In this document: positions 1-11,875 of the stretch, one piece after another
Numbering within the stretch: position 1 is the stretch's first letter
Layout of the letters: each line of letters opens with the position of its first letter
Source: Macrostomum lignano
Taxonomy: Eukaryota
Reading direction: 5' to 3'
NCBI GenBank assembly: GCA_002269645.1
Contig: NIVC01001321.1
Coordinates: forward strand, 90,858-154,857
DNA: 64,000 bases
The notes under the pieces: model-generated
What the model was told of the DNA's origin: nothing
Seen by the model: only the letters and a program-made list of their open reading frames with translations
Database searches by the model: none
Position numbers and translations under genes: made by a program

Positions 1-113
1 CCCAAGCTGGCGGTGCTAAATGCACAGAGTGCGAATAAATCCAGCCGCAGTTTGTACAAGTAGTAGCAGTAGTATGTATTGAGTATATGCTACTTCACTC
101 CTGGCCTGCTAGC

Positions 114-3100
114 TTAGTTGTCGCCGCCGCCGGAGAAGCGGCCTCGCTTGGCTGGTGGGCCGCCGCGGCCGCCGCCACCGCGTCCTCGGCCGCCGCCGCG
201 ACCTCCGCGGCCTCCGCGACCGCCGCGACCGCCGCCGCGACCGCCGCCACCGCCGCGGTTGGCGCGGGACTCGTACTGCTGCTGACGGGCCTGGAACACC
301 AGGGTCCACAGCCTGTCCTCCTCCTCGCCAGTTGGCACCGTGCCAGTCAGCTCGGCCTCGCGAAATTTCACCGAGCCGCCTTTGGCTTCGCACAGCTTTG
401 CCCAGGCCGGGGCGGCTGAGTTCTCCTCCTTGAATCTGCGGAGTGCGGGCAATTCTGGGGAGTCTGATGGGCGATTCTCGGGTCTGATGGGCGATTCCGG
501 GGAGTCTGATGGGCGATTCTGGGGTCTGATGGGCGATTCTGGGGAGTCTGATGGGCGATTCTGGGGTCTGATGGGCGATTCTGGGGTCTGATGGGCGATT
601 CTGGGGTCTGATGGGCGATTCTGGGGTCTGATGGCCGTTTCTGGGGAGTCTGATGGGCGATTCTCGGGTCTGATGGGCGATTCCGGGGAGTCTGATGGGC
701 GATTCTGGGGTCTGATGGGCGATTCTGGGGTCTGATGGGCGATTCTGGGGTCTGATGGGCGATTCTGGGGTCTCATGGGCGATTCTGGGGTCTGATGGGC
801 GATTCTGGGGAATCTGATGGGCGATTCTCGGGTCTGATGGGCGATTCCGGGGAGTCTGATGGGCGATTCTGGGGTCTGATGGGCGATTCTGGGGTCTGAT
901 GGGCGATTCTGGGGTCTGATGGGCGATTCTGGAGAGTCTGATGGGCGATTCTGGGGTCTGATGGGCGATTCTGGGGAGTCTGATGGGCGATTCTGGGGAG
1001 TGTGATGGCCGATTCTGGGGTCTGATGGGCGATTCTGGGGTCTGATGGGCGATTCTGGGGTCTGATGGGCGATTCTGGGGTCCGATGGGCGATTCTGGGG
1101 TCCGATGGGCGATTCTGGGGAGTCTGATGGGCGATTCTGGGGTCTGATGGGCGATTCTGGGGTCTGATGGGCGATTCTGGGGTCTGATGGGCGATTCTGG
1201 GGAGTCTGATGGGCGATTTCTGGGGTCTGATGGGCGATTCTGGGGTCTGATGGGCGATTCTGGGGTCTGATGGGCGATTCTGGGGTCTGATGGGCGATTC
1301 TGGGGAGTCTGATGGGCGATTCTGGGGTCTGATGGGCGATTCTGGGGTCTGATGGCCGATTCTGGGGTCTGATGGGCGATTCTGGGGTCTGATGGCCGTT
1401 TCTGGGGAGTCTGATGGGCGATTATGGGGTCTGATGGCCGATTCTGGGGAGTCTGACGGGCGATTCTGGGGAGTCTGACGGGCGATTCTGGGGAGTCTGA
1501 TGGGAGATTCTGGGGTCTGATGGCCGTTTCTGGGGAGTCTGACGGGCGATTCTGGGGAGTCTGATGGGCGATTCCGGGGAGTCTGATGGGCGATTCTGGG
1601 GTCTGATGGGCGATTCTGGGGAGTCTGATGGGCGATTCTGGGGTCTGATGGGCGATTCTGGGGTCTGATGGCCGTTTCTGGGGAGTCTGATGGGCGATTC
1701 TGGGGTCTGATGGCCGTTTCTGGGGAGTCTGATGGACGATTCTGGGGTCTGATGGCCGATTCTGGGGAGTCTGACGGGCGATTCTGGGGAGTCTGACGGG
1801 CGATTCTGGGGAGTCTGACGGGCGATTCTGGGGAGTCTGATGGGCGATTCTGGGGCCTGATGGCCGATTCTGGGGTCTGATGGCCGATTCTGGGGAGTCT
1901 GACGGGCGATTCCAGAGCACACCAAGATCAATAAGAATTACCTGGCATAGAGGACTGACTCGTAGAAGTCCAGATAAAAGTCCTTGCCAAAGGCGTCGCC
2001 CAGGTCGGCCCGCAGTTCCTGGAACAGTATGGTCAGCTTGGCCTTGTCGTCGGGCTCGGGGACCCCATCAATCCTGAGCAGGCTGCCGCGGACAATCTTA
2101 GCCTTCAATTTCTCCTTGTCGATGGCCGCCTTGGCTTCGAGTCGTTTCGCTTCGATCTCGGCGCGGCGCTTTGAGTTCTCCTGGCGCTGCAGCTGAGTGC
2201 GCTCCTAGTGGATTGTGGCGACGTGGATTCCAGAATATTTGTTGCTAAGAAATTGGGATTTGTTGAGACTAGACTGGGATTTTCGCTGCTGTCGGATTGG
2301 AAAGTTTTTGTTACTAAGGCATTGGGATTTGTGCTGCTATGCGATTGGGATTTTGTTGCTATGGGGTTGGGATTTTGTTGCTATGGGGTCGGGATTTTTG
2401 TTGCTATGGGATTGGGATTTATGTTGCTATGGGATTGGGATTTTTGTTGCTATGGGATTGGGATTTTTGTTGCTATGGGATTGGGATCTTCGTTGCTAAG
2501 GGATAGGGATTTTTGTTGCTAAGGGATAGGGATTTTGTTGCTATGGGATTGGGCTTTTTGTTGCTATGGGATTGGGATTTTTGTTGCTATGGATTTGGGA
2601 TTTTTGTTGCTATGGGATTGGGATTTTTGTTGCCAAGGCGTTGGGATTTTTGTTGCTAAGGGATTGGGATTTTTAATATGGCTTTAGGATTCTGTTAATA
2701 GTTTGGCTGCTATGGGGAAATTGCGATAATTTGAAACTCTGGGATTGGAACTCTATCTACAGGTCTGGACGTCTGGGATAATCCTTGATTTACAACTTGG
2801 ATTATCATTAGCTTAGGGATTAGGGTATTTAGTCACTGGGATTAAGGTACATAACAATATTTCCTGTGGGGAACCTGGCCGGCAACCAAGCTTAGGGTTG
2901 GGGAATCTAGTAAGCGGGAATTAAGGATAAGGAAAAAAGGTGGGCGCAGATGCCACCGAACTCCGCACCTTTTTCCTGGCAAAATGCTCCTCGCGCCACA
3001 TCCGCTCAGCCAGGGCTTCGCCGCGGAATTTCACCTTGTCATCGTCGGCCGGGCAGGTCAGGAAGGCATTGGCGGCCTCCTTGTCGGCGTAGGTGGCGTA

Positions 3101-4826
3101 CACGCTGCCCTTGAACTTCTTCGTGTTCACGTCCTTGCGCATCTGGATGTGCAGGGTGCGGCCGAACTGCTCAAGAAACGGCTGCACCTCGTCAAGGGTG
3201 GCGTCTTCTGGGAAGCCTTTGGCGTACACGGCGGAGTCTTTGTGCTTCTGCACCGCCTCTCTGTTGGCGGGGTGGATAGGAACCGGGATGCCAAATTAGC
3301 CACGAATCCCACCTGGATTACCCAGATCCAGGATTACCCAAATCCCATCTGGATTATTCAAATCCCATCTGGATTATCGAAATCCCATCTGGATTACCCA
3401 GATCCAGGATTACCCAAATCCCATCTGGATTATCGAAATCCCATCTGGATTATCCAAATCCCATCTGGATTATCCAAATCCCATCTGGATTATCTAAATC
3501 CGATATGATTTATCTAGATCCCATCTAGATTATCCGAATCGTATCTGGATTATCCAAATCCCATCTGGATTATACAAATCTCACCTGGATTATCCAAATC
3601 CCATCTGGATTATCCAAATCCCATCTGGATTATTCAAATCCCATCTGGATTATCCAAATCCCATCTGGATTATACAAATCCCATCTGGATTATACAAATC
3701 CCATCTGGATTATACAAATCTCACCTGGATTATCCAAATCCCATCTGGATTATCCAAATCCCATCTGGATTATTCAAATCCCATCTGGATTATCCAAATC
3801 CCATCTGGATTATACAAATCCCATCTGGATTATACAAATCTTACCTGGATTATCCAAATCCTATCTGGATTATACAAATCCCATCTGGATTATACAAATC
3901 TCACCTGGATTATCCAAATCCCATCTGGATTATACAAATCCCATCTGGATTATACAAATCCCATCTGGATTATACAAATCTCACCTGGATTATCCAAATC
4001 CCATCTGGATTATCCAAATCCCATCTGGATTATCCAAATCCCATCTGGATTATCCAAATCCCATCTGGATTTTCCAAATCCCATCTGGATTATACAAATC
4101 TCACCTGGATTATCCAAATCCTATCTGGATTATACAAATCCCATCTGGATTATACAAATCTCACCTGGATTATCCAAATCCCATCTGGATTATACAAATC
4201 CCATCTGGATAATACAAATCTCACCTGGATTATCCAAATCCCATCTGGATTATACAAATCCCATCTGGATTATACAAATCTCACCTGGATTATCCAAATC
4301 CCATCTGGATCAACATCAACCCAAAATCCCATCTGGATTATACAAATCTTACCTGGATTATACAAATCTTACCTGGATTATCCGAATCCCATCTGGATCA
4401 ACATCAACCCAAAATCCCATCTGGATTATACAAATCTTACCTGGATTATACAAATCTTACCTGGATTATCCAAATCCCATCTGGATCAACATCAACCCAA
4501 AATCCCATCCTGAAAAATCCCCAGTCTCACCTGAAGGAGTCGGGCGGAGGCGCGGAGACTACCCTGCGCACCTTGGAGTCGTCCTCGCTGAGCTCAATCA
4601 GTTCGGATTTCACAGCCTTGAGCGCGGCCACGATATTGTCGGCGTTCTCGGCAACAGACTTCAGCCGCTTGAACTTCAGCATGGTGTCCAGAGTGAACCA
4701 GCCGTCGTCGACCTTCATTTGTTCTTGCATGAACTTGTCTTTCGGCAGGTTGATGTCGCCGAAATAGTACTCCAGCTGTTTGACAATTTTGTTCGATTGA
4801 GCATCTTCTTGGGCGTTCTCTGACAT
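114..4826 (-). CDS. SSB: La autoantigen / SSB homolog (La motif + RRM1 + probable RRM2 + RGG-rich tail), about 390 aa, 4 coding exons
   Basis: Coding exons are complement(4531..4826, 2969..3260, 1942..2204, 114..435). All introns are GT-AG, phases are consistent, and the total is 1173 nt. The La motif is KQLEYYFGDINLPKDKF...GW...MLKFKRL and RRM1 is SAVYAKGFP...KFKGSVYATY. A probable 5'-UTR intron spans 4845..6046 (donor GTATGA at 6046, acceptor CTGCAG at 4845). Confidence 0.92.
446..1915. repeat. 20/22-bp tandem array filling La intron 3 (436..1941)
   Basis: The unit is CTGGGG(GA)TCTGATGGGCGATT. Confidence 0.95.
2250..2670. repeat. ~22-bp degenerate array in La intron 2
   Basis: The unit is approximately GGGATTGGGATTTTTGTTGCTAT. 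Confidence 0.85.
3310..4510. repeat. 20-bp tandem array filling La intron 1
   Basis: The unit is AATCCCATCTGGATTATCCA, with variants. Confidence 0.95.
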
Positions 4827-4964
4827 TGTGCCGGTTCCACTTGGCTGCAGTGGAAATTTGAGCAGTTTGTCAGCAAGCATGGAAGGTGCTGCAGTAGAGA
4901 ATAATCTATCAAAATACTAGCGTATGGTGGGCTGGAAAGGGACACAGGAAAAGCATCAAAAGGA

Positions 4965-5990
4965 CAGGATGGGCATGGGAAAGACAGGAAGGACATGGAG
5001 AGGACAGGGAAAACATGGAGAGGACAGGGAAAACATGAAGAAGACAAGGAGGGCATGGGGTGGGCATGGGGAGGACAGGGTGGGCATGGGGAGGACAGGG
5101 TGGGCATAGGGAGGACAGGGTGGACATGGGGAGGACAGGGAGGACATGGGGAGGACAGGGTGGGCACGGGAGGACAATGACATGGGGAGGACAATGACAT
5201 GGGGAGAACAATGACATGGGGAGGACAATGACATGGGGAGAACAATGACATGGGGAGAACAATGACATGGGGAGGACAATGACATGGGGAGGACAGGGTG
5301 GACATGGGGAGGACAGGGAGGACATAAGAGGACAGTGTGGGCATGGGGAGGACAGGGGGGACATGGGGAGGACAGAGTGGGCATGGGGAGGACAGGGTGG
5401 GCACGGGAGGACAATGACATGGGGAGGACAATGACATGGGGAGGACAGGGTGGATATGGGGAGGACAGGGAGGACATAAGAGGACAGGGTGGGCATGGGG
5501 AGGACAGGGGGACATGGGGAGGACAGAGTGGGCATGGGGAGGACAGAGTGGGCATGGGGAGGACAGGGTGGGTATGGGGAGGACAGGGTGGGCATGGGGA
5601 GGACAGGGTGGGCATGGGGAGGACAGGGTGGGCATGGGGAGGACAGGGTGGGCATGGGGAGGACAGGGTGGGCATGGGGAGGACAGGGTGGGCATGGGGA
5701 GGACAGGGTGGGCATGGGGAGGACAGGGTGGACATGGGGAGGACAGGGAGGACAGGGAGGCGAAGGGAGGAGAGATGCTCAGGGAGATGCTCAGGGAGGA
5801 CAGGGACAGGGAGGACAGGGAGGACATAGGAGGACAGGAAGGACATGGGGAGGACAGGGAGGGCATGGGGAGGACAGGAAGGACATGGGGAGGACAGGGT
5901 GGGCATGGGGAGGACAGGGTGGACATGGGGAGGACAGGGAGGGCATGGGGAGGACAGGGAGGACAGGGGGAAGACAGGGGGAATGGGAGG
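4965..5990. repeat. 20-bp G-rich array in the La 5'-UTR intron
   Basis: The unit is GGGGAGGACAGGGTGGGCAT. Confidence 0.95.
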
Positions 5991-6859
5991 ACATGTGAAG
6001 GGCACAGACAAGACAGGGCTCGCACAATATCGAATCAGTCTCATACCCTAAGAACTACTCTACGCACTGTACAATCCAAACTAATAAAAAATGACCAAGC
6101 CAAACACAAGCCCGAGTTAATGAGTGTTAGACGGTGCTAATGAGGACAGACAACACAGTCTCTGCGTGCGGATGGTGAGTGCAAAGGCTGGTGCTGTTAA
6201 AGCGAGTTAGAAATTTCATTGTCTCAATACCCAGGTATGGTCAGGTATTTGAGAAGTTAGCTATCGGTTTATCAGAGCTTTGCTGGACAAAACAAAGAAG
6301 CAAAGCGAAGCTTTAGCTGAGAACTGAGACGCGACTTAACAAAAAAATCTGTAATTATTATTTTGAAAATCAATCAGAACGGAGAGTAATTTGATTAGAA
6401 AATGAACAGGGGGCACGCGCGTGAAAATTTTACCTGGCTGGCAAATCAAAGAGTTTTTTTAAAGGTGCGAAAAATCCAGTTCCAGATGAGGGATAAAACG
6501 AACACAAAGAGCGGTCACTATACAGCAAGGTATCGCCACCAGAACACAGCCCCAGTCTGTCACTGCAGTCAAGGAAAATTAATGGTAAAATAGTAAATTA
6601 TTATTATTATCAAAGCAAAGTAGACAGAGACGCCTTGAAGAATTCGCTTGTTTAAATAATTTTTTTCTGATTTTCAGGTCTACCGAACAGCGCGTTTCAA
6701 TGACAGTCGATGAGAATTTTGCTGCTTTTGTGGGATAAAATTTATTTTTTAATTTTCACTAAACGAAAATTCTGGATAGATAAGCGTGAGCGGGCCTCTG
6801 ATAGCGGTAGCAGTCTGGCTTCCATCCATCATCATCAGATTATTAATCCCCAGTTGCAT

Positions 6860-7300
6860 CCCCAAATATCCCCAAAACACAGTCAGATCCCCAAATATCC
6901 CCAAAACACAGTCAGATCCCCAAATATCCCCAAAACACAGTCAGATCCCCAAATATCCCCCAAAACACAGTCAGATCCCCAAATATCCCCCAAAACACAG
7001 TCAGATCCCCAAATATCCCCAAAACACAGTCAGATCCCCAAATATCCCCCAAAACACAGTCAGATCCCCAAATATCCCCCAAAACACAGTCAGATCCCAA
7101 ATTATCCCCAAAACACAGTCAGATCCCCAAAAAATCCCAAAACACTATTAACTTCCCAACACCCCCCAAAACACTATCAGCTCCCCAAAAATCCCCCAAA
7201 ATACGATCGGCTCCCCAAAAATCCCCCAAAACACCATCAGCCCCCCAAAACACTATCTGCTCCCTAAAGATTCCCCAAAAACACTATCAGCTCCCCAACA
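6860..7300. repeat. ~30-bp C-rich array between BI-1 and La
   Basis: The unit is CCCCAAATATCCCCAAAACACAGTCAGAT. Confidence 0.9.
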
Positions 7301-7519
7301 ATCCCGAAATACACTATCTTGCAGATAGCTTGCAGATCTTGCGACAATCGAATACTCCAACAGCTCTTACTCCATACTAACAGAGGCCCAGTCAAGTACA
7401 ACAAGCACAACAATCAGTTTGATTAATATGTATGATATCAATTCCGAAATGTGTATCTCAAGTCCAGTTTATCATCAACTCATCAGCCTCCCGCTTTCGC
7501 ATCCGTCCAGACGCCGAAC

Positions 7520-8248
7520 TCAATTCTTGCTCTTCTTGCGCTTCTCCTTGCCGCCATCATCCTGCTGCTTCATCAGCAGGATGAGCACAACGCGGAACAC
7601 CTCCACGACGTCCATGAACAGGTCCAGGCAGTGCGAGATGTAGTCCTTGTCGCCCATGCGGGCCATCTCCACAATCTTCTGGGTGTCGTACACCATGAAG
7701 CCGCAGAACACCAGCAGGGTGAGCTTCAGCGTCAAGTCGAACATGAAGGGCGAGCGGACGAAGATGTTCGCCAGGCTGAGCAGGAGCAGCACGGTCAGGC
7801 CGGAGGCCAGCGGCCCGGCCAGGTACATCATCCAGCGGCTGGTCTTAGCCAGCAGGGCGGCGCCGCAGAAGCAGACGGTGACAACCATGGTGATGATGAT
7901 GGCGTTAACCAGGATGCTGGGATCCATGTCGATGGCCAGGCCGATGAGAGGCGCCATGCCGGAGCCGGACAGGGCGCAGAAGGCGGCGAAGGCGGCGTGC
8001 CGCTCCGGGCCGAAGGTGTCGCGGCCGCTCTGGATGTACAGCAGCAGGCCGAGGCTGGCCAGGGCGGCCACCAGGCCGTACAGCGGCACCAGGTACATGC
8101 CGATGTAGGCGCCAGCGGCGGCAGCCAGGAGGCCCATGGCAAGACAGGCGTACACGCGCTGCAGATGGGAGCAGACGTGGCTCTCCAGGTGGGAGAGGTC
8201 GAACAGGCCGTTCATGGTGAGCCGGTGTCGGTTCAGCAGGGTGTCCAT
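7520..8248 (-). CDS. TMBIM6: Bax inhibitor-1 (TMBIM6) homolog, 242 aa, intronless CDS
   Basis: The ORF has multiple hydrophobic segments, HLQRVYACL, YDTQKIVE and HCLDLFMDVVEVFR (both pH-sensor Asp residues), and a basic KEKRKK C-terminus. A TTTTACAG acceptor at 8270 lies 21 nt upstream of the ATG (cis or trans-splice). Confidence 0.93.
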   Translation of the reverse strand: MDTLLNRHRLTMNGLFDLSHLESHVCSHLQRVYACLAMGLLAAAAGAYIGMYLVPLYGLVAALASLGLLLYIQSGRDTFGPERHAAFAAFCALSGSGMAPLIGLAIDMDPSILVNAIIITMVVTVCFCGAALLAKTSRWMMYLAGPLASGLTVLLLLSLANIFVRSPFMFDLTLKLTLLVFCGFMVYDTQKIVEMARMGDKDYISHCLDLFMDVVEVFRVVLILLMKQQDDGGKEKRKKSKN

Positions 8249-10560
8249 GGCAGTTTAGTTTGCAATGAGCTGTAAAAGCCAATTTGTGAGTTAGACAATG
8301 GAAACTATGTGTATGTATTCTACCATGTGGCTGCTATCCCACCTTGTTACAAATAAATTTAATTAGGCTCTCGTTTGATGACAAAAATCATTGACAGTAA
8401 AAATGAGATCTTGTTTTGATTTCATAGCAGAACTTTGCAACTTTTGCTAGCAGACAAATAGGATATGGTTCCCAGTTTTGCACAATCTAGGCCTGTGGGC
8501 TGGACTAAAGTGGATGAAAACAAGCATAAATAATTTAATTGTTTGAATAGTAGAGACCCACCACTCCAACCCTCCTCTTAAGTCTTTACCTTCCAGAATG
8601 TGCCTCCTTAACAAATTTCTGGTTGTGCTACTGTATATTCCCTATTGGAATAACTGCATACATGGTACACAACTATCTGCCACACAATGTTGTTGAATTT
8701 TGGTGCTGCACCATACTACTGCAAATTATTCATATATAGGGTCTATATTAATATATATATATATACTTATTATGAGTATTTTATTATAGAACAGCTATTT
8801 ATCTAAAGATGAGTAGAAATCATTATGAAGGGTACCACTTCTGAACAATACTATTTATTTATGTTGCACATATGTAAAAGGTAGTAATAACTAATACATC
8901 AATAATATAGTAGGCCTATATAGCCAATAGACTTGGAGGAAGGGTGGCAGTTATCAATGAATATGGTCAATAAACTAAAGGACATAGACATAGGCTTACT
9001 GCACAATGCACATTGAAAAAATTCACTTGTAATATATAACTTTTTTACATAAAGATATACAATTGGACCAAAGGGATACCTAAGCCTAGTAATCGCACAT
9101 GAATGATAAAAGACAGATAATACCACATTTTTAAGATTTTTAAGATTGGAGATTACCTAAGTAGTAGTACTAAGTAGCTGACGAGGCATTTTGGCTTAAT
9201 AAGACAGTCAGTTACTCCTGCCATTTACCCAAAGTTGCGTTAATTTTGCTTTAGGTTTTTTTTACATGTAAGTTGCATTTTTGACCAAAAACTACATTGC
9301 ATTTTTGTTAAAACTAACTTGCTGGCCAACCAAATTTTGGAGGTTGCGCATGTATGATTGAGATCACAAAAGTCTAAACTACTAATTTACAAAAACTAAA
9401 TATTTTAAATATCAATAATGAATATTAAGTTAGGCCTAAGATTATCCTGTTTCTCAGGGTTTTTTTATGCGCAGAGTGTGCGTATGCACCCTAAATTTTA
9501 AAATCGCACCCTGAAATTAAAAAAAGTAGGTGCAGTTTAGGTGTGGTCTGTTATAGTATTTTTCATCATGTTACTATTTATCAAAGCAGCAATCTGAAGA
9601 CAAGATAACAGACAAGAGGTCAAGGCATTCTTTGTACAAAGATGTATAGACATAAGACATGTCTATACATTCCCAGTTGTCTGAAACAAGACTCAAGAGA
9701 AATTGCACTCTGAGCCTTAAAATCGCACCTTGAAATTTGGCACAAGGTGCAATTTTGCACCTTGTCTCTGGCGAAAAAAAACCTAGCTGTTTCTATTTCA
9801 TTATCACTGAAATAAAATAAAATATGCTTGTAACTTGACTAAGCGTAAGCCTAGTATAGTAGACATATTGCCTATTGGAATGAATCCAACAATATAGTGT
9901 TAAACTAGGTAATAATGACATAGGCAAGGGGGATAAGGGAATATATCCCCTATAGGGCTATAGGGGTCTAGTGTAGGGGCATATTTTTAATGAAAGTTTT
10001 TGTATATAATATTAATAAGCAATATAGTCTTACTAGGGGCCAATTTCATGAAGCAAATACAAGTGACATGTTGACAATTTACAAGTGACAAGTGTTAAAT
10101 ATCACAATTATTGTATTTCATGATGAGGGCTGACAATTTAATAAGTTACAAGTAATAAGTAACAATTTGTCAAGCCATTCTTTTGGCCATAGACAACACA
10201 TAACAAGTCTACAAGTGGCCTAAGCTCTTGTCAATAGTCTACTTGGATAGAGAAACAGACACATAATAGCAAGCATACAGCATTCCTCTGTCCTCAATTT
10301 GTGAATCTTTGAATATCTGGGTCTTGGGAATATTTGAATATCTTTAAATCTGTGAATATTTGTTTGTTTGTTTAAAATTGCTGTTTAACAATCTAGATAC
10401 CCTGCTTGTGGCTAGTAAATAATAGTAATTGGTCATAAGTCCAAGGTGCAAGGGAAAGGAAGGAGGTAGGGGCCACACTCCCAAGTATGCTGTTCTATGG
10501 GGGTTATTCTCATGCATAACTGGGTCTAGGGCTGGCACACACTGCATACGGCACATACCA

Positions 10561-11875
10561 CATGGACTTACAAACTACAATACACTATAAGACCTGATCC
10601 CAATTCCTAAATCTTGATCCCAATCCTGATTCCAAGAAAAAAAGTATTCCCAATCCCAATCCCACTCAAAGATTTCAATCTTGTCCAACCTTTAGCTGTA
10701 AAGCCTAGAAGGTATTTGTTTATATATTTATTAAAGTCACCCCTGGTCTATCTATATGCGGCAAGGACTGCGGACCCCCCCCCAGTCCATCAGCGTGCGA
10801 TGTGGACCTACCCTCCTAGCCTCCCCCCTCTGCTTGATGCACCGCATGCATCACAATGCACGCACACTGGCATGGCATACTGGATACCGTAAATGCCACT
10901 TCAAAGTTCAAAAAGCAATAATAATAATGAAAAGAAAATTAAAAATCCAAAAAACAAAAACTTGCCTGCAGAAAATTTGCTTTAAAATGGAAGAGATACA
11001 AGTATTTTAAAATTTTGTAGTTTATGCTTACTTTAGATAAAATACCATTTTTTGTATTACTAGAAAGTATTTTGTTTAACATAGTTTAAAGTAGTTTGTT
11101 CAATTTGTTGATGGACAGAGAGTCTAGGAAACCAGAAAGGAGTGTGCTAAGTGGTCCAAATAGATAAGTTTACTAAATTTACTGCCCATTTGTTGGCCAC
11201 CTCCCAGTGCTAGAGCTAAAGTCTGTACCTGAGGCCAACCAAGAGGCTGTCGCAGGCTGTGACTAGAGGTCAAATGGGATCCCAATCCCAATCCCGAAAT
11301 CCCAGGATCCTAAGGAAAATTGTATTTCCATGGGACTAGGATCCCAACCCTAAAAAACATGAGAATCGGGAACAGGTCTTTTGATCAAAAGTTTATAGAA
11401 TTAGTGATTACTTAAATGTATTTTGTTTTAAGTTATATTTATTATATTATTACTTTGCTTGTTACAAAACTTTGCATCAATTTTGTTATGTTTTACTTTT
11501 GTCATTTGATCTTGACTCTTGATCTTAGGGCCTACTTTGATCTTGATTTTTTGCTCAATTTTGTTTAACTTTATATGGACCTACAAACTACAATACACTA
11601 AAAGACCTGATCCTGATTCCCAAATCTTGATCCCAATCTCAATTCTGAGAAAAAAATTATTCCCAATCCTGATCAAAGATTTCAATCCCATCTGACCTTT
11701 AGCTGTGACATGCTATGAAGCCTAGGAGGTATTTGTTTATATATTTATCAAAGTCATCCCCCAGTCTATCTGCGTACAAAGTGGACTGCGGACTGCCCCC
11801 CCTCCCTTGGTCTATTGGCATGCAGTGCAGACCTACCTTCTTAGCCTCCCCCCTCTGCATGCAGCATGCATGGCT
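10561..11875. repeat. Degenerate ~300-bp direct duplication (about 10561..10850 and 11575..11875)
   Basis: Both copies read ATGGAC.TACAAACTACAATACACTA.AAGACCTGATCC...GGTATTTGTTTATATATTTAT.AAAGTCA.CC. Confidence 0.7.

Noticed and set aside
109-1931. 603-aa and other long ORFs (109..1920, 1422..1931)
   Set aside because: These are read-throughs of a stop-free 20/22-bp array inside La intron 3. Only 114..435 is coding.
2812-2826. TTAGGG-A-TTAGGG telomere-like motif
   Set aside because: There are only two copies at the edge of a GGGATT-rich array, which is expected by chance.
4715-6140. Pro/Cys/His-rich and Gly-rich ORFs on both strands
   Set aside because: They are translations of the 20-bp array in all frames, with no domain signal.
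9181-9360. Similarity to 34539..34680 (AGTTACTCCTGCC.TTTA.CCAAA...GGTTGCGCAT.TATG)
   Set aside because: This is probably a dispersed repeat relic. It is too short and degenerate to classify.
9455-9786. Possible Helitron 3' end (hairpin ACAAGGTGCAA-TT-TTGCACCTTGT, then CTAG) or CAGGG-type MITE
   Set aside because: The termini are too decayed to choose between the two models, and no matching 5' end or TSD was confirmed.
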